From: an uncultured Candidatus Saccharibacteria bacterium
GTDB lineage: Bacteria > Patescibacteriota > Minisyncoccia > Phycocordibacterales > CSBR16-119
Reading direction: 5' to 3'
Assembly (NCBI GenBank): GCA_964589975.1
Contig: CAZPVH010000001.1
Location: 23,214 to 87,213 of the forward strand
Length of the DNA: 64,000 bases
Part shown: piece by piece, positions 46,149-54,878 of the stretch
How the letters are laid out: each line of letters begins with the position of its first letter
Numbering within the stretch: the stretch's first letter is position 1
The notes under the pieces: generated by a model
Database searches by the model: none
The model's input: the letters and a program-made list of their open reading frames with translations, nothing else
Told to the model about the DNA's origin: nothing
Made by a program: the position numbers and the translations under genes

Positions 46149-47216
46149 TTATTTGTTTTCTACGAATGCGAGCGTCATCTTCTGATCTTTTGGTTCGAAG
46201 ATATTGATCTGGAAGTTGTATGACTTCCCGAGCTCGAGAGATTCTCGGAGCTTTTCTTCTGTGCCAAATGATGAGTTGTGAACGAGTCCGGCAACGCCGT
46301 CCTTGATAGAAACCAAGGCGCCGTGCTTGTTGAACTTGATAACAACGCCAGAGACGATGTCGCCCTTCTTCAATTTGCCATCAAACTCATGCCAGGGATT
46401 TTCCTTGAAAGCCTTGAGGGAGAGGGAAATCTTACCGTCCTTGATCTCGATGATTCGAGCCTTGACCTTGTCGCCAACCTTGAAGAGTTTTCGAGGGTCT
46501 TCGATGAGTCCCCAGTCGATCTCAGAGATGTGGACGAGTCCTTCGAGGCCGTCTTCAATCTTGAGGAAGATGCCGAAGTCTACGACGCCAGCAACTTCGC
46601 ACTCCAGGTCATCGCCAACAGTGTACTTCTCGACAACTTCTTTGCGCTCTTCCTGGTTTGTCGCTTTCTCGGAGAAGACAAGTTTGTCTTCCTGAGGATT
46701 GATACCGATGATGATGACTGCAAGTTTCTCACCGACGAATTTTCGGAGCTCGGTTAGAATCTTGTCCTTGTCAGAACCTTCAACTCGTGGATAGTGCTCA
46801 GGTTTGAGCTGAGAAGCCGGAAGGAATCCCTGTATGCCTCGCCATTCAATGATAAGTCCACCCTTGTTCGCTTCTTTAACTGGAAGGTCTAAGACTTCTT
46901 GCTTCTTCATGTATTCCTCGGCCTCCTTCCAGACCAGAGCCTGGCGAGCCTCCTTTAGAGAGAGCTCAGAGTAGCCTTCGGCATTCTGCACTTCGACGAC
47001 CTTTGCTTTGATTGTGTCGCCGATTCTAATATTTTTGATGATGTCGCGGGCGTTCAGGTATTCCTTTCCGTAAATAATGCCCGAGCCGAAAAGTCCGAGG
47101 TCGATAAAGACAGCCGCCTTTCGGATGTCCAAAACCTGGCCTTCGACAATAGAACCCGCGTGTATATTGAACGCCGATTCTTCCAATGTCTTTTTTAATT
47201 CTTCTGTCATTTCCAT
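46149..47216 (-). CDS. rpsA: 30S ribosomal protein S1 (four S1 domains)
   Basis: GFLPASQL, FGIF......EGLVHISE, ISLSLK repeats. Confidence 0.93.
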   Translation of the reverse strand: MEMTEELKKTLEESAFNIHAGSIVEGQVLDIRKAAVFIDLGLFGSGIIYGKEYLNARDIIKNIRIGDTIKAKVVEVQNAEGYSELSLKEARQALVWKEAEEYMKKQEVLDLPVKEANKGGLIIEWRGIQGFLPASQLKPEHYPRVEGSDKDKILTELRKFVGEKLAVIIIGINPQEDKLVFSEKATNQEERKEVVEKYTVGDDLECEVAGVVDFGIFLKIEDGLEGLVHISEIDWGLIEDPRKLFKVGDKVKARIIEIKDGKISLSLKAFKENPWHEFDGKLKKGDIVSGVVIKFNKHGALVSIKDGVAGLVHNSSFGTEEKLRESLELGKSYNFQINIFEPKDQKMTLAFVENK

Positions 47217-47445
47217 AAAAATATCCGCTTTTAAAGCGGATTCATAAACTGTTTCTAGGGTTTAGTCGCTCGTGCCACATGGCCGGTTGCTTCTAAGGTT
47301 AGCCTAAAAATCCAACTTGCTAATGAACGCATATTACTATAAAGACAGTTTTTTGCAACCATCGCGATAATCCACATATATATAGAACGAATCTCTTCAC
47401 AACTTGATATAATTAATGCGTTATATTTAACCCTATTTTTTCTAT

Positions 47446-47811
47446 ATGAAAAATACACCAGATTATTATTCGAGGGCGACCCAAAGTGTCTTTATTGTTG
47501 CTGGGATTCTTATGCTAGTAACTTTCCCGTATTTCTTTAAGCAGTTTGAGTTTGGGACATTCGCCATTTTGGCCGTGATCGTATTGGTTGCTATCGGCGC
47601 AGGCTGGGCTACCGGCAGTAACCTGATGACCAGGAAGCTAAATGTTTTAATCGCCATCGCTGGCTGCGCGATAGCCTCATTCAAAGCCGTTAGTCTTTTC
47701 TTTAATGGCGTTGAAGAGCCACTCGCCATATTCTCTTTCTGGGTTCTCCAGCTCCTGTCACTTCTATTTTTCTTTGCAATCTACTTCAGCATAAAGGCGA
47801 GCCGACGATAA
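47446..47811 (+). CDS. Four-TM membrane protein
   Basis: Hydrophobic ORF. Confidence 0.7.
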   Translation: MKNTPDYYSRATQSVFIVAGILMLVTFPYFFKQFEFGTFAILAVIVLVAIGAGWATGSNLMTRKLNVLIAIAGCAIASFKAVSLFFNGVEEPLAIFSFWVLQLLSLLFFFAIYFSIKASRR

Positions 47812-47828
47812 GGTGCTAGAATATATGC

Positions 47829-49880
47829 ATGGCGGCAGACACGGTAACATACTTCGCTGAAACTGATTTTCGCGGAGAAAAAAGATCATTCGGAATCAAG
47901 AACGAGGACAGATCTCGGCATGTTTATGTTATTGGAAAGACCGGTATGGGTAAGTCGACACTCCTCGAGAACTTGGCCGCCCAGGATATTCAAAACGGCG
48001 AGGGTATGTGCTTCATCGATCCTCACGGCTCGGCAATCGACACACTGCTAGAATATATTCCCGAGGAGCGCATAAAAGATGTCGTCTATTTCGCGCCGTT
48101 TGACTCTGACTTTCCGATTTCATTTAACGTTATGGAAGACGTGGGCGCTGATCAGCGCCACCTAGTTGTGTCGGGGCTCATGTCTGCCTTTAAAAAAATC
48201 TGGGTCGACGCCTGGTCGGCCAGAATGGAACACATTTTGAATAATACAATTCTCGCGCTTTTGGAGTACCCGGGCTCGACCTTGCTTGGCGTGAACCGGA
48301 TGTACGCGGACAAGGGCTTCCGCGAAGAAGTCGTTTCAAAAGTCACCGACCCTGGAGTTAAAAGCTTTTGGAACGAAGAGTTCGCCAAATGGGATGAAAG
48401 ATTCATGCGCGAAGCGACGGCTGCTATTCAAAACAAGATCGGCCAATTTACTTCTAATCCTCTCATTCGAAACATTGTCGGCCAAGGACATTCGAGTTTC
48501 GATATCCGAAAGCTGATGGACGAAAAGAAGATATTCTTAGTGAACCTTTCAAAAGGACGCATCGGCGAACAGAATGCCGGACTTCTTGGCGCCATGATCG
48601 TAACGAAAATCTACTTGGCGGCTATGTCCCGCGCTGACGTTACCAAGTCCGCTATGTCGCAATTACCTCCGTTTTTCCTTTTTGTCGACGAATTCCAAAA
48701 CTTTGCAAACGACTCCTTCTCCGATATTTTGGCGGAGGCGCGAAAGTATAAATTAAATCTAACAATCGCGCACCAATACATTGAACAGATGGAAGAATCT
48801 GTTCGCGATGCTGTATTCGGCAACGTCGGTACAACCATTTCTTTTCGCGTTGGACCACTCGATGCGGAGGTCCTTGAGAAGATTTTCTTGCCGACATTTA
48901 CAGCTGAAGACATTGTCAATCTGGGTAAATACCAGATCTATCTGACGCTGATGATTGATGGAGTTGGGTCAAAGCCGTTCTCGGCAACCAACATGGCGCC
49001 GCTAAAGAAGAAGACAGTCACTTATAGAAATGAGGTTATTGAATTTTCTCGCGCGACGTATGCTCATAACCGCGGTGAGGTTCAAGGCGGAATCGAAGCT
49101 TGGCATGCAAATAATTATGAAACCGGAAAGGATAAAAAGGAACGCGAAAAGAAAGAAGCGTATCTAGCCGAGAAGGCTCAAAAAGAAAAATTACTTTATG
49201 GTGATAATCCGCCTCCTCCCGGGCCAGCCAAGATTCAAATCCCAGATGATATTGTTAAGAAGATTTCTGAAAAGCGCCCTCCGGGATCTACTGAGTACGG
49301 CAGCCGACCGCGCGAAGAAAAGCCGGTCGCTTCACCAAGCCGCGACAATCGACCTTTCCAGAAAGCGCTGACTGAAATTAGGTCTACGCCTCAAAACATA
49401 CCAAAACCTAATGTTTCTCTTGACGGGTCTAGTGGTCGCGTGAGTCAGGGGGGAGGCGCTGTTCAGCAGCACAATAATTTGAATAGGCCACGGGTAGATG
49501 TTCCTCGCCCCGCAAGTAATCAGCCGGCCCAGAATCAGCCATTTAGAAAGCTTGATCCGAAAATCGCTACCGACAAGAATAAAAGCCTTTTGAAGGATGT
49601 ACTTTCGCGCGCGCTTGAAAAGATGCCAGCCGCACAAAAAATCGCGCAAGCGGAAAATACTTCTGAAAATAAATCGACTTCTTCGATTGACATTGTCGCT
49701 CCCATAAATCAGCCAGAAATTACTCCAATCAAAAAAGATGCTCCGGCGCAGCTTAACGCCAATGCTCCTACAAATCTCGATTTTTCAAAACGAGAAGAGG
49801 ACAAGAGAACTGAAGAGTCAGATAAGCCGAAAAAACCTAGAGAAATTCCTGAAGATGTTCTAAAACAAATATTGGAATAA
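47829..49880 (+). CDS. VirD4/TraG/HerA-like P-loop ATPase with long disordered C-terminal tail
   Basis: R.RHVYVIGKTGMGKS, IDPHG, LFVDEFQNF, EARKY.L.L..AHQY..Q, FGNVGT. Confidence 0.9.
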   Translation: MAADTVTYFAETDFRGEKRSFGIKNEDRSRHVYVIGKTGMGKSTLLENLAAQDIQNGEGMCFIDPHGSAIDTLLEYIPEERIKDVVYFAPFDSDFPISFNVMEDVGADQRHLVVSGLMSAFKKIWVDAWSARMEHILNNTILALLEYPGSTLLGVNRMYADKGFREEVVSKVTDPGVKSFWNEEFAKWDERFMREATAAIQNKIGQFTSNPLIRNIVGQGHSSFDIRKLMDEKKIFLVNLSKGRIGEQNAGLLGAMIVTKIYLAAMSRADVTKSAMSQLPPFFLFVDEFQNFANDSFSDILAEARKYKLNLTIAHQYIEQMEESVRDAVFGNVGTTISFRVGPLDAEVLEKIFLPTFTAEDIVNLGKYQIYLTLMIDGVGSKPFSATNMAPLKKKTVTYRNEVIEFSRATYAHNRGEVQGGIEAWHANNYETGKDKKEREKKEAYLAEKAQKEKLLYGDNPPPPGPAKIQIPDDIVKKISEKRPPGSTEYGSRPREEKPVASPSRDNRPFQKALTEIRSTPQNIPKPNVSLDGSSGRVSQGGGAVQQHNNLNRPRVDVPRPASNQPAQNQPFRKLDPKIATDKNKSLLKDVLSRALEKMPAAQKIAQAENTSENKSTSSIDIVAPINQPEITPIKKDAPAQLNANAPTNLDFSKREEDKRTEESDKPKKPREIPEDVLKQILE

Positions 49881-49903
49881 TTATAATTAAATAAAAGTTT
49901 TAT

Positions 49904-51331
49904 ATGTTTGATAGAAACATTATCTTCAAAGCTTTATTAATAGGTGGGTTTTTGGTGTTACCGATAATTACTCGAGCTGAAGTTTTAGTCACAGAGCTTG
50001 CTTGGATGGGTACGACAGTTTCTGCAAATGACGAATGGATTGAGATATATAACAGTGGTGGAGAGTCGGTAAGTCTTACCGGTTGGACACTCACGGCTTC
50101 AGACGGAACTCCAAGCATTACATTGTCTGGCTCAATCGGCGCGGGAGAATACAAACTACTGGAACGTACAGACGATACAACATATCCGGGGATTACGGCC
50201 CATCAGATATTTACTGGAGCACTCGCAAATGAAGGAGAGAATCTCTCGCTCAAAGATAACGGAGCAGTGGTCCAATCAATGCCATTTTCTAGCGGATGGC
50301 CAGCAGGTGATTCGGTCACAAAGAAAACGATGCAATGGACGGGCTCTGCTTGGGTAACCGCTGATGAAACTGCGGGAAGCGCTACAACTGCTACATCAAG
50401 TGAGGAAGAAGAGGAGAATCAAGAAGAAGAGACAGGCGGAGAAGAAGAGGAGAATAATGAAGAGGAAGATGAGGAAGAGGTTGTAACTATAGCAACCGGA
50501 AGTCATACTGCACCAAAGCGAACGGTCTATGATGATATGGTTTTCGAACTTGATTTCCCGACGCGAGCTGTGGCAGGTAGCCCTGTGCGTTTTAGCGCTC
50601 AAGCTCTTGATTTTGATCGCACGAAACTCAGAAAAGGGAAATATATTTTCAACATGGGCGATGGAACTGTCCGAACTTTCAGTAAGGACTGGAACGGTAA
50701 GAGTGTCGGTTTCTTTTATCATGCGTATGATCACCCCGGTACGTATCAGATCTCGATAAAATACTACATGACAGTTTTCGAGGATTTACCGCCAGAAGTA
50801 GAAGATACTTGGACAATCGAAGTTTTGGCGCCGAGTATTTCTATTTCAAGAATCATGAATGATGGTTCAGTCGAGATGAAGAATATGTCGACTGGGGCTG
50901 TAGATATTTCTAAATGGGTTCTTTCTGATAATTCGGGTAGGAAATTCGAAATCCCCGACGGCTCGGTGATATTGGGAGGCAAGACCGTCGTCTTTGATTC
51001 CAGCACGACGCATTTCGTGGCGGGCGGGATTATTAGCCTCTCAACACCAACCGCCGCTCACGTGGCTTCTTCCATGGCGCTAAGGCCGGTTTCTTCTTAC
51101 AAGCCGACCAGCGTAAAATCCAAAACAGAACAGAAGGAAACCACGGGTGAAGTATTGGGAGTTAGTTCAGCTAGCCCTGCCGAAGATACCGCTATTGCAG
51201 AAGTAAAAGAAAAACCCGGCGCTTTAGTCTGGGTTCTTCTCTTTATAATTCTGGTCTTGGCATCCGTCATTGCCGTTCTTCTCTTGAAAAGGGAAGAACA
51301 CAAAGAAGAATATCTTCTAATCGACGAATAA
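49904..51331 (+). CDS. Surface protein with lamin-tail and PKD-like domains, C-terminal TM anchor
   Basis: TELAWMG...EWIEIYN...L.GW.L; FNMGDG...HAY..PG.Y; second LTD-like segment; C-terminal TM. Confidence 0.85.
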   Translation: MFDRNIIFKALLIGGFLVLPIITRAEVLVTELAWMGTTVSANDEWIEIYNSGGESVSLTGWTLTASDGTPSITLSGSIGAGEYKLLERTDDTTYPGITAHQIFTGALANEGENLSLKDNGAVVQSMPFSSGWPAGDSVTKKTMQWTGSAWVTADETAGSATTATSSEEEEENQEEETGGEEEENNEEEDEEEVVTIATGSHTAPKRTVYDDMVFELDFPTRAVAGSPVRFSAQALDFDRTKLRKGKYIFNMGDGTVRTFSKDWNGKSVGFFYHAYDHPGTYQISIKYYMTVFEDLPPEVEDTWTIEVLAPSISISRIMNDGSVEMKNMSTGAVDISKWVLSDNSGRKFEIPDGSVILGGKTVVFDSSTTHFVAGGIISLSTPTAAHVASSMALRPVSSYKPTSVKSKTEQKETTGEVLGVSSASPAEDTAIAEVKEKPGALVWVLLFIILVLASVIAVLLLKREEHKEEYLLIDE

Positions 51332-51332
51332 T

Positions 51333-52583
51333 TTAGTTATTGCTTTTTATGGCAGAAGCTTCGGTCTTTGTGGAATTCGCTTTGGCCAGATCCAGTTCTT
51401 TAAGATGTATATGAGTCTCAATCTCGGAGGCAATGCGGTTTACTTCCTGGGCAAGGGAGAGGGATTCGCGCCACTCTTCTTCGTTGTAAAGTCTAGTAGC
51501 TTCTTTTAGTAGGTCTTCGGCGAGCTTTAGTCTTGATTCAATATTGAATTCCTGGATTACAACTTGGTCTTCTGTGGTAGCGACAGTAGCTTTGTCTAGG
51601 GAAATACTTGATGGAGAGATGCCCACTGGCGCAGACATTTCTGTTTTGATGTTTACAGTATTACTTTCGACTGGCAAATTAATTTCCGCGTCGGTTTCGA
51701 TTTTGGCATCCAAAACGGTCTGACGCTCTTCGATCATACGGATCTTTTCTCGGGCAGAGTCTATACGAGACTTAACCAAGTCCTTTATATCGTCGTTTAT
51801 TTCATTGATAGTTTCTTTGGCATTCTTTTTTATTTCGCTCTGAAGGTCCTCCGCCTTAGCCATCATGGTTGCAACTACGGCGTCAGTTTCAGCCTCGCCT
51901 GATACGTCAGCTATGGTTTCATTCTCCTCGTTTTCAACAGCCTTGATTCCATCCTCAACTTTGGCTATTAGATTCTCAGCGCCGTTATTTTCACCTTCGT
52001 CACCAGATTTTTCCAAGATTTCTTTGTGAGCTTCCATGACAGGGGCTAGCTTTGCTGTTGTCTCAAGCACTAGTTCGACTTCGCCGTCCTCGCGCAACGC
52101 CGCGATGCCTTCTTCAAGCTCTTCAATGTGCTCTTCGATTTGGGCAATAACGATTTTCTGATTATCTGCAGAAAGCTTGTTTGTCTTGGCAAGTGTCTGC
52201 GCTTCCTCAAGACGTCGCTCGACTTTCTTTGACTGGACGGCAACTTTAGCTTCCGGAGATCGGGCGAACCCTTCTTCAATAGCTTCGTTTACATTAACCT
52301 TTATGCTGTAAAGAGTTTCGCCGGGAAGAGAATTTTGCGCGGCATAAGAAACACCGGACCCTCCAGCAACAACGGCGATTATAAGAAGGAAGGCCGCCGC
52401 TTTCACGAAAGAGCGGACTTCGAATATTGAAATATAATTTTTCTCTCTAAGCGCTGGCATCTTGCCGCGGATCGGATTATAAGCAATGAATTCAAGAATT
52501 TTTGCACGCAAAGTATTCTTCTCGTTTTCCGAGAGTCGTTCTAGTTTGGCGCGCTTTATGAAATTTTTTATTTCTTTATTCAT
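51333..52583 (-). CDS. DUF5667-like TM protein, putative anti-sigma factor
   Basis: SYAAQNSLPGETLY.IK..VNE, ERRLEEA; directly downstream of the ECF sigma gene. Confidence 0.8.
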   Translation of the reverse strand: MNKEIKNFIKRAKLERLSENEKNTLRAKILEFIAYNPIRGKMPALREKNYISIFEVRSFVKAAAFLLIIAVVAGGSGVSYAAQNSLPGETLYSIKVNVNEAIEEGFARSPEAKVAVQSKKVERRLEEAQTLAKTNKLSADNQKIVIAQIEEHIEELEEGIAALREDGEVELVLETTAKLAPVMEAHKEILEKSGDEGENNGAENLIAKVEDGIKAVENEENETIADVSGEAETDAVVATMMAKAEDLQSEIKKNAKETINEINDDIKDLVKSRIDSAREKIRMIEERQTVLDAKIETDAEINLPVESNTVNIKTEMSAPVGISPSSISLDKATVATTEDQVVIQEFNIESRLKLAEDLLKEATRLYNEEEWRESLSLAQEVNRIASEIETHIHLKELDLAKANSTKTEASAIKSNN

Positions 52584-52587
52584 TTTA

Positions 52588-53103
52588 TTAGTAGTATTCT
52601 CGCATTACTTTCTTCAATTTGTCGATCGACCGGTGAATCTTTACGGATACGTTATTCGGGGTCATTCCTGTGGCTTCGCTGATTTCCTTGATCGAGAGCT
52701 CGTTGACGTACCTCATGGTGAGCATCTCTCGGGCCTCTTCGTCTAGCTCATCTAATTTTCCGATCACGAATTTCTTGTCGAACTCAAGCTCTGTCACCTC
52801 TATCTCATCTTCTCCACTAAACTCTACTCCGGTTTCAGTGATGGCGTCCAAGGAGTAGGTCTTTTTCTTCCGCCGGTAATCGATTATGAGGTTTTTGGCG
52901 ACTTTGTATAAAAAGGCTTTGATGTTGTCTATGTCCTTGCCGTCTGACAAATATCCCCATGTTTTCATGAAAGTGTCTTGAACCATATCGACTGCAACCT
53001 CTCGGTTCGAAGTCTGGAAATGGCAATAGCGAAGAATTGCATCCGAATGGTCTTCGTAGCTCTTCATGAAAATATCCTTAATTTCTATATGATCTTTCGC
53101 CAT
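52588..53103 (-). CDS. ECF RNA polymerase sigma factor
   Basis: A.D.VQDTF.K.W, AFLYKVA.NL.ID..R, LS.KEISE.TG....V.V.IHR. Confidence 0.95.
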   Translation of the reverse strand: MAKDHIEIKDIFMKSYEDHSDAILRYCHFQTSNREVAVDMVQDTFMKTWGYLSDGKDIDNIKAFLYKVAKNLIIDYRRKKKTYSLDAITETGVEFSGEDEIEVTELEFDKKFVIGKLDELDEEAREMLTMRYVNELSIKEISEATGMTPNNVSVKIHRSIDKLKKVMREYY

Positions 53104-53197
53104 ATATGACGTTTCGGGGCCCTAATTATTACAAATTAGATACTAACATATTAACGCTAAAACCCCTTATTTTCAGGGGTTTTAGCAATACGTATCG

Positions 53198-53287
53198 CTA
53201 TTTTTTGAACCTCCATCCTTCCAGGCGGTAATCCTTGCAGAAATAGCAAAGTGTCCAGAATGCCGGGGTGATTACCAAGATTTCCAT
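53198..53287 (-). CDS. Possible 29-aa peptide
   Basis: Hand translation MEILVITPAFWTLCYFCKDYRLEGWRFKK*; A/C-rich leader and downstream hairpin at 53157-53185. Confidence 0.4.
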   Translation of the reverse strand: MEILVITPAFWTLCYFCKDYRLEGWRFKK

Positions 53288-53358
53288 GTTTTCAGGGGTT
53301 TTTGTTTCGGTTCGGCTTTTATGACGACACAAATTTGCCAATCTTACAATCCTTAATT

Positions 53359-53922
53359 TCAGATCTTTTGTAGGATGAGCGAGATCTTTTTGAAATCTTC
53401 TATCAGGGTGTCCCTCATTGAGCCGTTATACAAAGCAGCAGCGGGATGGTAAAGAGGGAAGAAGTACTCGGTTTCAAACCCTTTGATTTTTTTGTGCAAA
53501 AGTTTGCCATGAACGAGCGAGATTTTCTCTGTTGGAAAAAATCTCTGCATGGCGTGGCGGCCGAGAAAAATAATAATTTTTGGCTCGATGAAATTTAACT
53601 CTTCCATTAGCCAGGGCAGGCAAGCTTCGATCTCGTCCGGCTCGGGGTCCCGATTATTTGGCGGGCGATACTTCACAACGTTCGTGATATAGATTTCTTC
53701 TCGCTTCATCTTTATGGTCTCGAGCATTTCAGCCAAGAATTTTCCCGAGCGTCCGACGAAAGGTCGGCCCTGGATGTCTTCGTCTTTTCCCGGAGCTTCG
53801 CCAATGAAAACAATTTGTGAAGCGGGGTTTCCATCTCCAAAGACAGGCTGAGTCGCCAAAGGCTTCAACTTACAATCATTTTGTTTATGCCATTTTTGGT
53901 GGAGTTCCAGGAGTTTTTGCAT
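53359..53922 (-). CDS. Uracil-DNA glycosylase family 4
   Basis: GEAPG..ED..G.PFVG.SG, YITNVVK.RPP.NR.P, YHPAA. Confidence 0.93.
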   Translation of the reverse strand: MQKLLELHQKWHKQNDCKLKPLATQPVFGDGNPASQIVFIGEAPGKDEDIQGRPFVGRSGKFLAEMLETIKMKREEIYITNVVKYRPPNNRDPEPDEIEACLPWLMEELNFIEPKIIIFLGRHAMQRFFPTEKISLVHGKLLHKKIKGFETEYFFPLYHPAAALYNGSMRDTLIEDFKKISLILQKI

Positions 53923-53959
53923 GTAGCAATTCTAATACAGTTCTGCTAATATTTCACGC

Positions 53960-54241
53960 ATGGGTCACGTTAGAGATAATAAATTTTATTATGTTTACGT
54001 GCTCAGGAGTTTGAAAGATGTTAAGTGGTATATCGGATATACGAGTAACCTACGGGAACGCTTCGTCGAACATGGTAAAAATATCCGAGGTTGGACGAAA
54101 GGAAAAGGGCCATTTGAAATTATTTATTATGAAGCATCTATCGACGACGAGGATGCACGGTCGAGGGAATTATATATAAAAACTGGGATGGGGCGCAGAT
54201 ATCTAAACAATAGATTAAAGCGCTTTCTATCTCTAACGTGA
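53960..54241 (+). CDS. GIY-YIG endonuclease (stand-alone, UPF0213/SLX1-like)
   Basis: YYVYVL...WYIGYT.NL.ER..EH...YYE.....A..RE..IK. Confidence 0.9.
   Translation: MGHVRDNKFYYVYVLRSLKDVKWYIGYTSNLRERFVEHGKNIRGWTKGKGPFEIIYYEASIDDEDARSRELYIKTGMGRRYLNNRLKRFLSLT
53965..54241. mobile_element. Miniature TIR-bounded element carrying only a GIY-YIG nuclease
   Basis: Perfect 14-bp IR TCACGTTAGAGATA (53965-53978) / TATCTCTAACGTGA (54228-54241), flanked by TGGG direct repeats (ATGGG if boundaries shift 1 nt). Confidence 0.75.
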
Positions 54242-54474
54242 TGGGAATCAAAGATTTTTTTATGAAGAAAATGCTCGGGAGCCAGCTCAAGAAGTCTGGT
54301 TTGCCTGAAGCGCAGCAGGAGAAGGTGATGAACGCTATGATGGCGAACCCAGAACTCTTTCAGAAGATCGCAAAAGAGATAAAAGAGCTTGAAAAGGGAG
54401 GCAAGAATCAAATGTTTGCTTCCATGGAAGTTATGAAGAAATACCAAAGTGAACTTCAGAAAATAATGCAGTGA
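54241..54474 (+). CDS. Small helical Met/Lys/Gln-rich hypothetical protein
   Basis: MGIKDFFMKKML...NPELFQKIA.EI; ATG overlaps the GIY-YIG stop (TGATG); terminator at 54481-54514. Confidence 0.8.
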   Translation: MGIKDFFMKKMLGSQLKKSGLPEAQQEKVMNAMMANPELFQKIAKEIKELEKGGKNQMFASMEVMKKYQSELQKIMQ

Positions 54475-54805
54475 GAATGAAAGAAAATCCCTCCACAAAA
54501 GGGATTTTCTTTTTGGGTTGGGTAAATAGTGTATCAGCTTGACAAATAAGCATTTTTTTACCACTAGATAAATACGAGAGCATTTCGTTCAGGGCTTGTT
54601 CAAAAGTTTGACCTTCGAATCTGAATTCCTGGCTTTTGGATTCAGGCCAAAGTTCGATCCCGTTTGCGCCGTTGATCAAGAATAGTCCAGCGGAGGTTAT
54701 CTCAATCGAGATAAAATTCATTGCGACTTTGCTCTTAGATCGAAGAGTCTTTTGTAGCTTCCACAGGAGAACTCGAGCCTCTTCTTGATTCGTAACCTTT
54801 TTCAT
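54431..54805 (-). CDS. Hypothetical protein (3' end uncertain)
   Basis: TTGACA-16-TAGAGT promoter and A/C leader; ORF reads through the terminator hairpin into the convergent gene. Confidence 0.5.
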   Translation of the reverse strand: MKKVTNQEEARVLLWKLQKTLRSKSKVAMNFISIEITSAGLFLINGANGIELWPESKSQEFRFEGQTFEQALNEMLSYLSSGKKMLICQADTLFTQPKKKIPFVEGFSFILTALFSEVHFGISS

Positions 54806-54878
54806 CAGCGGTGTTTTTCTTCACTCTACTCAAGTAGAAACAATTGTCAAACCGTCGATTTTCGGCTATATTTCATCC

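Noticed and set aside
51333-53103. ECF sigma / DUF5667 pair as a novel system
   Set aside because: Ordinary sigma/anti-sigma arrangement; nothing unusual visible in the sequence
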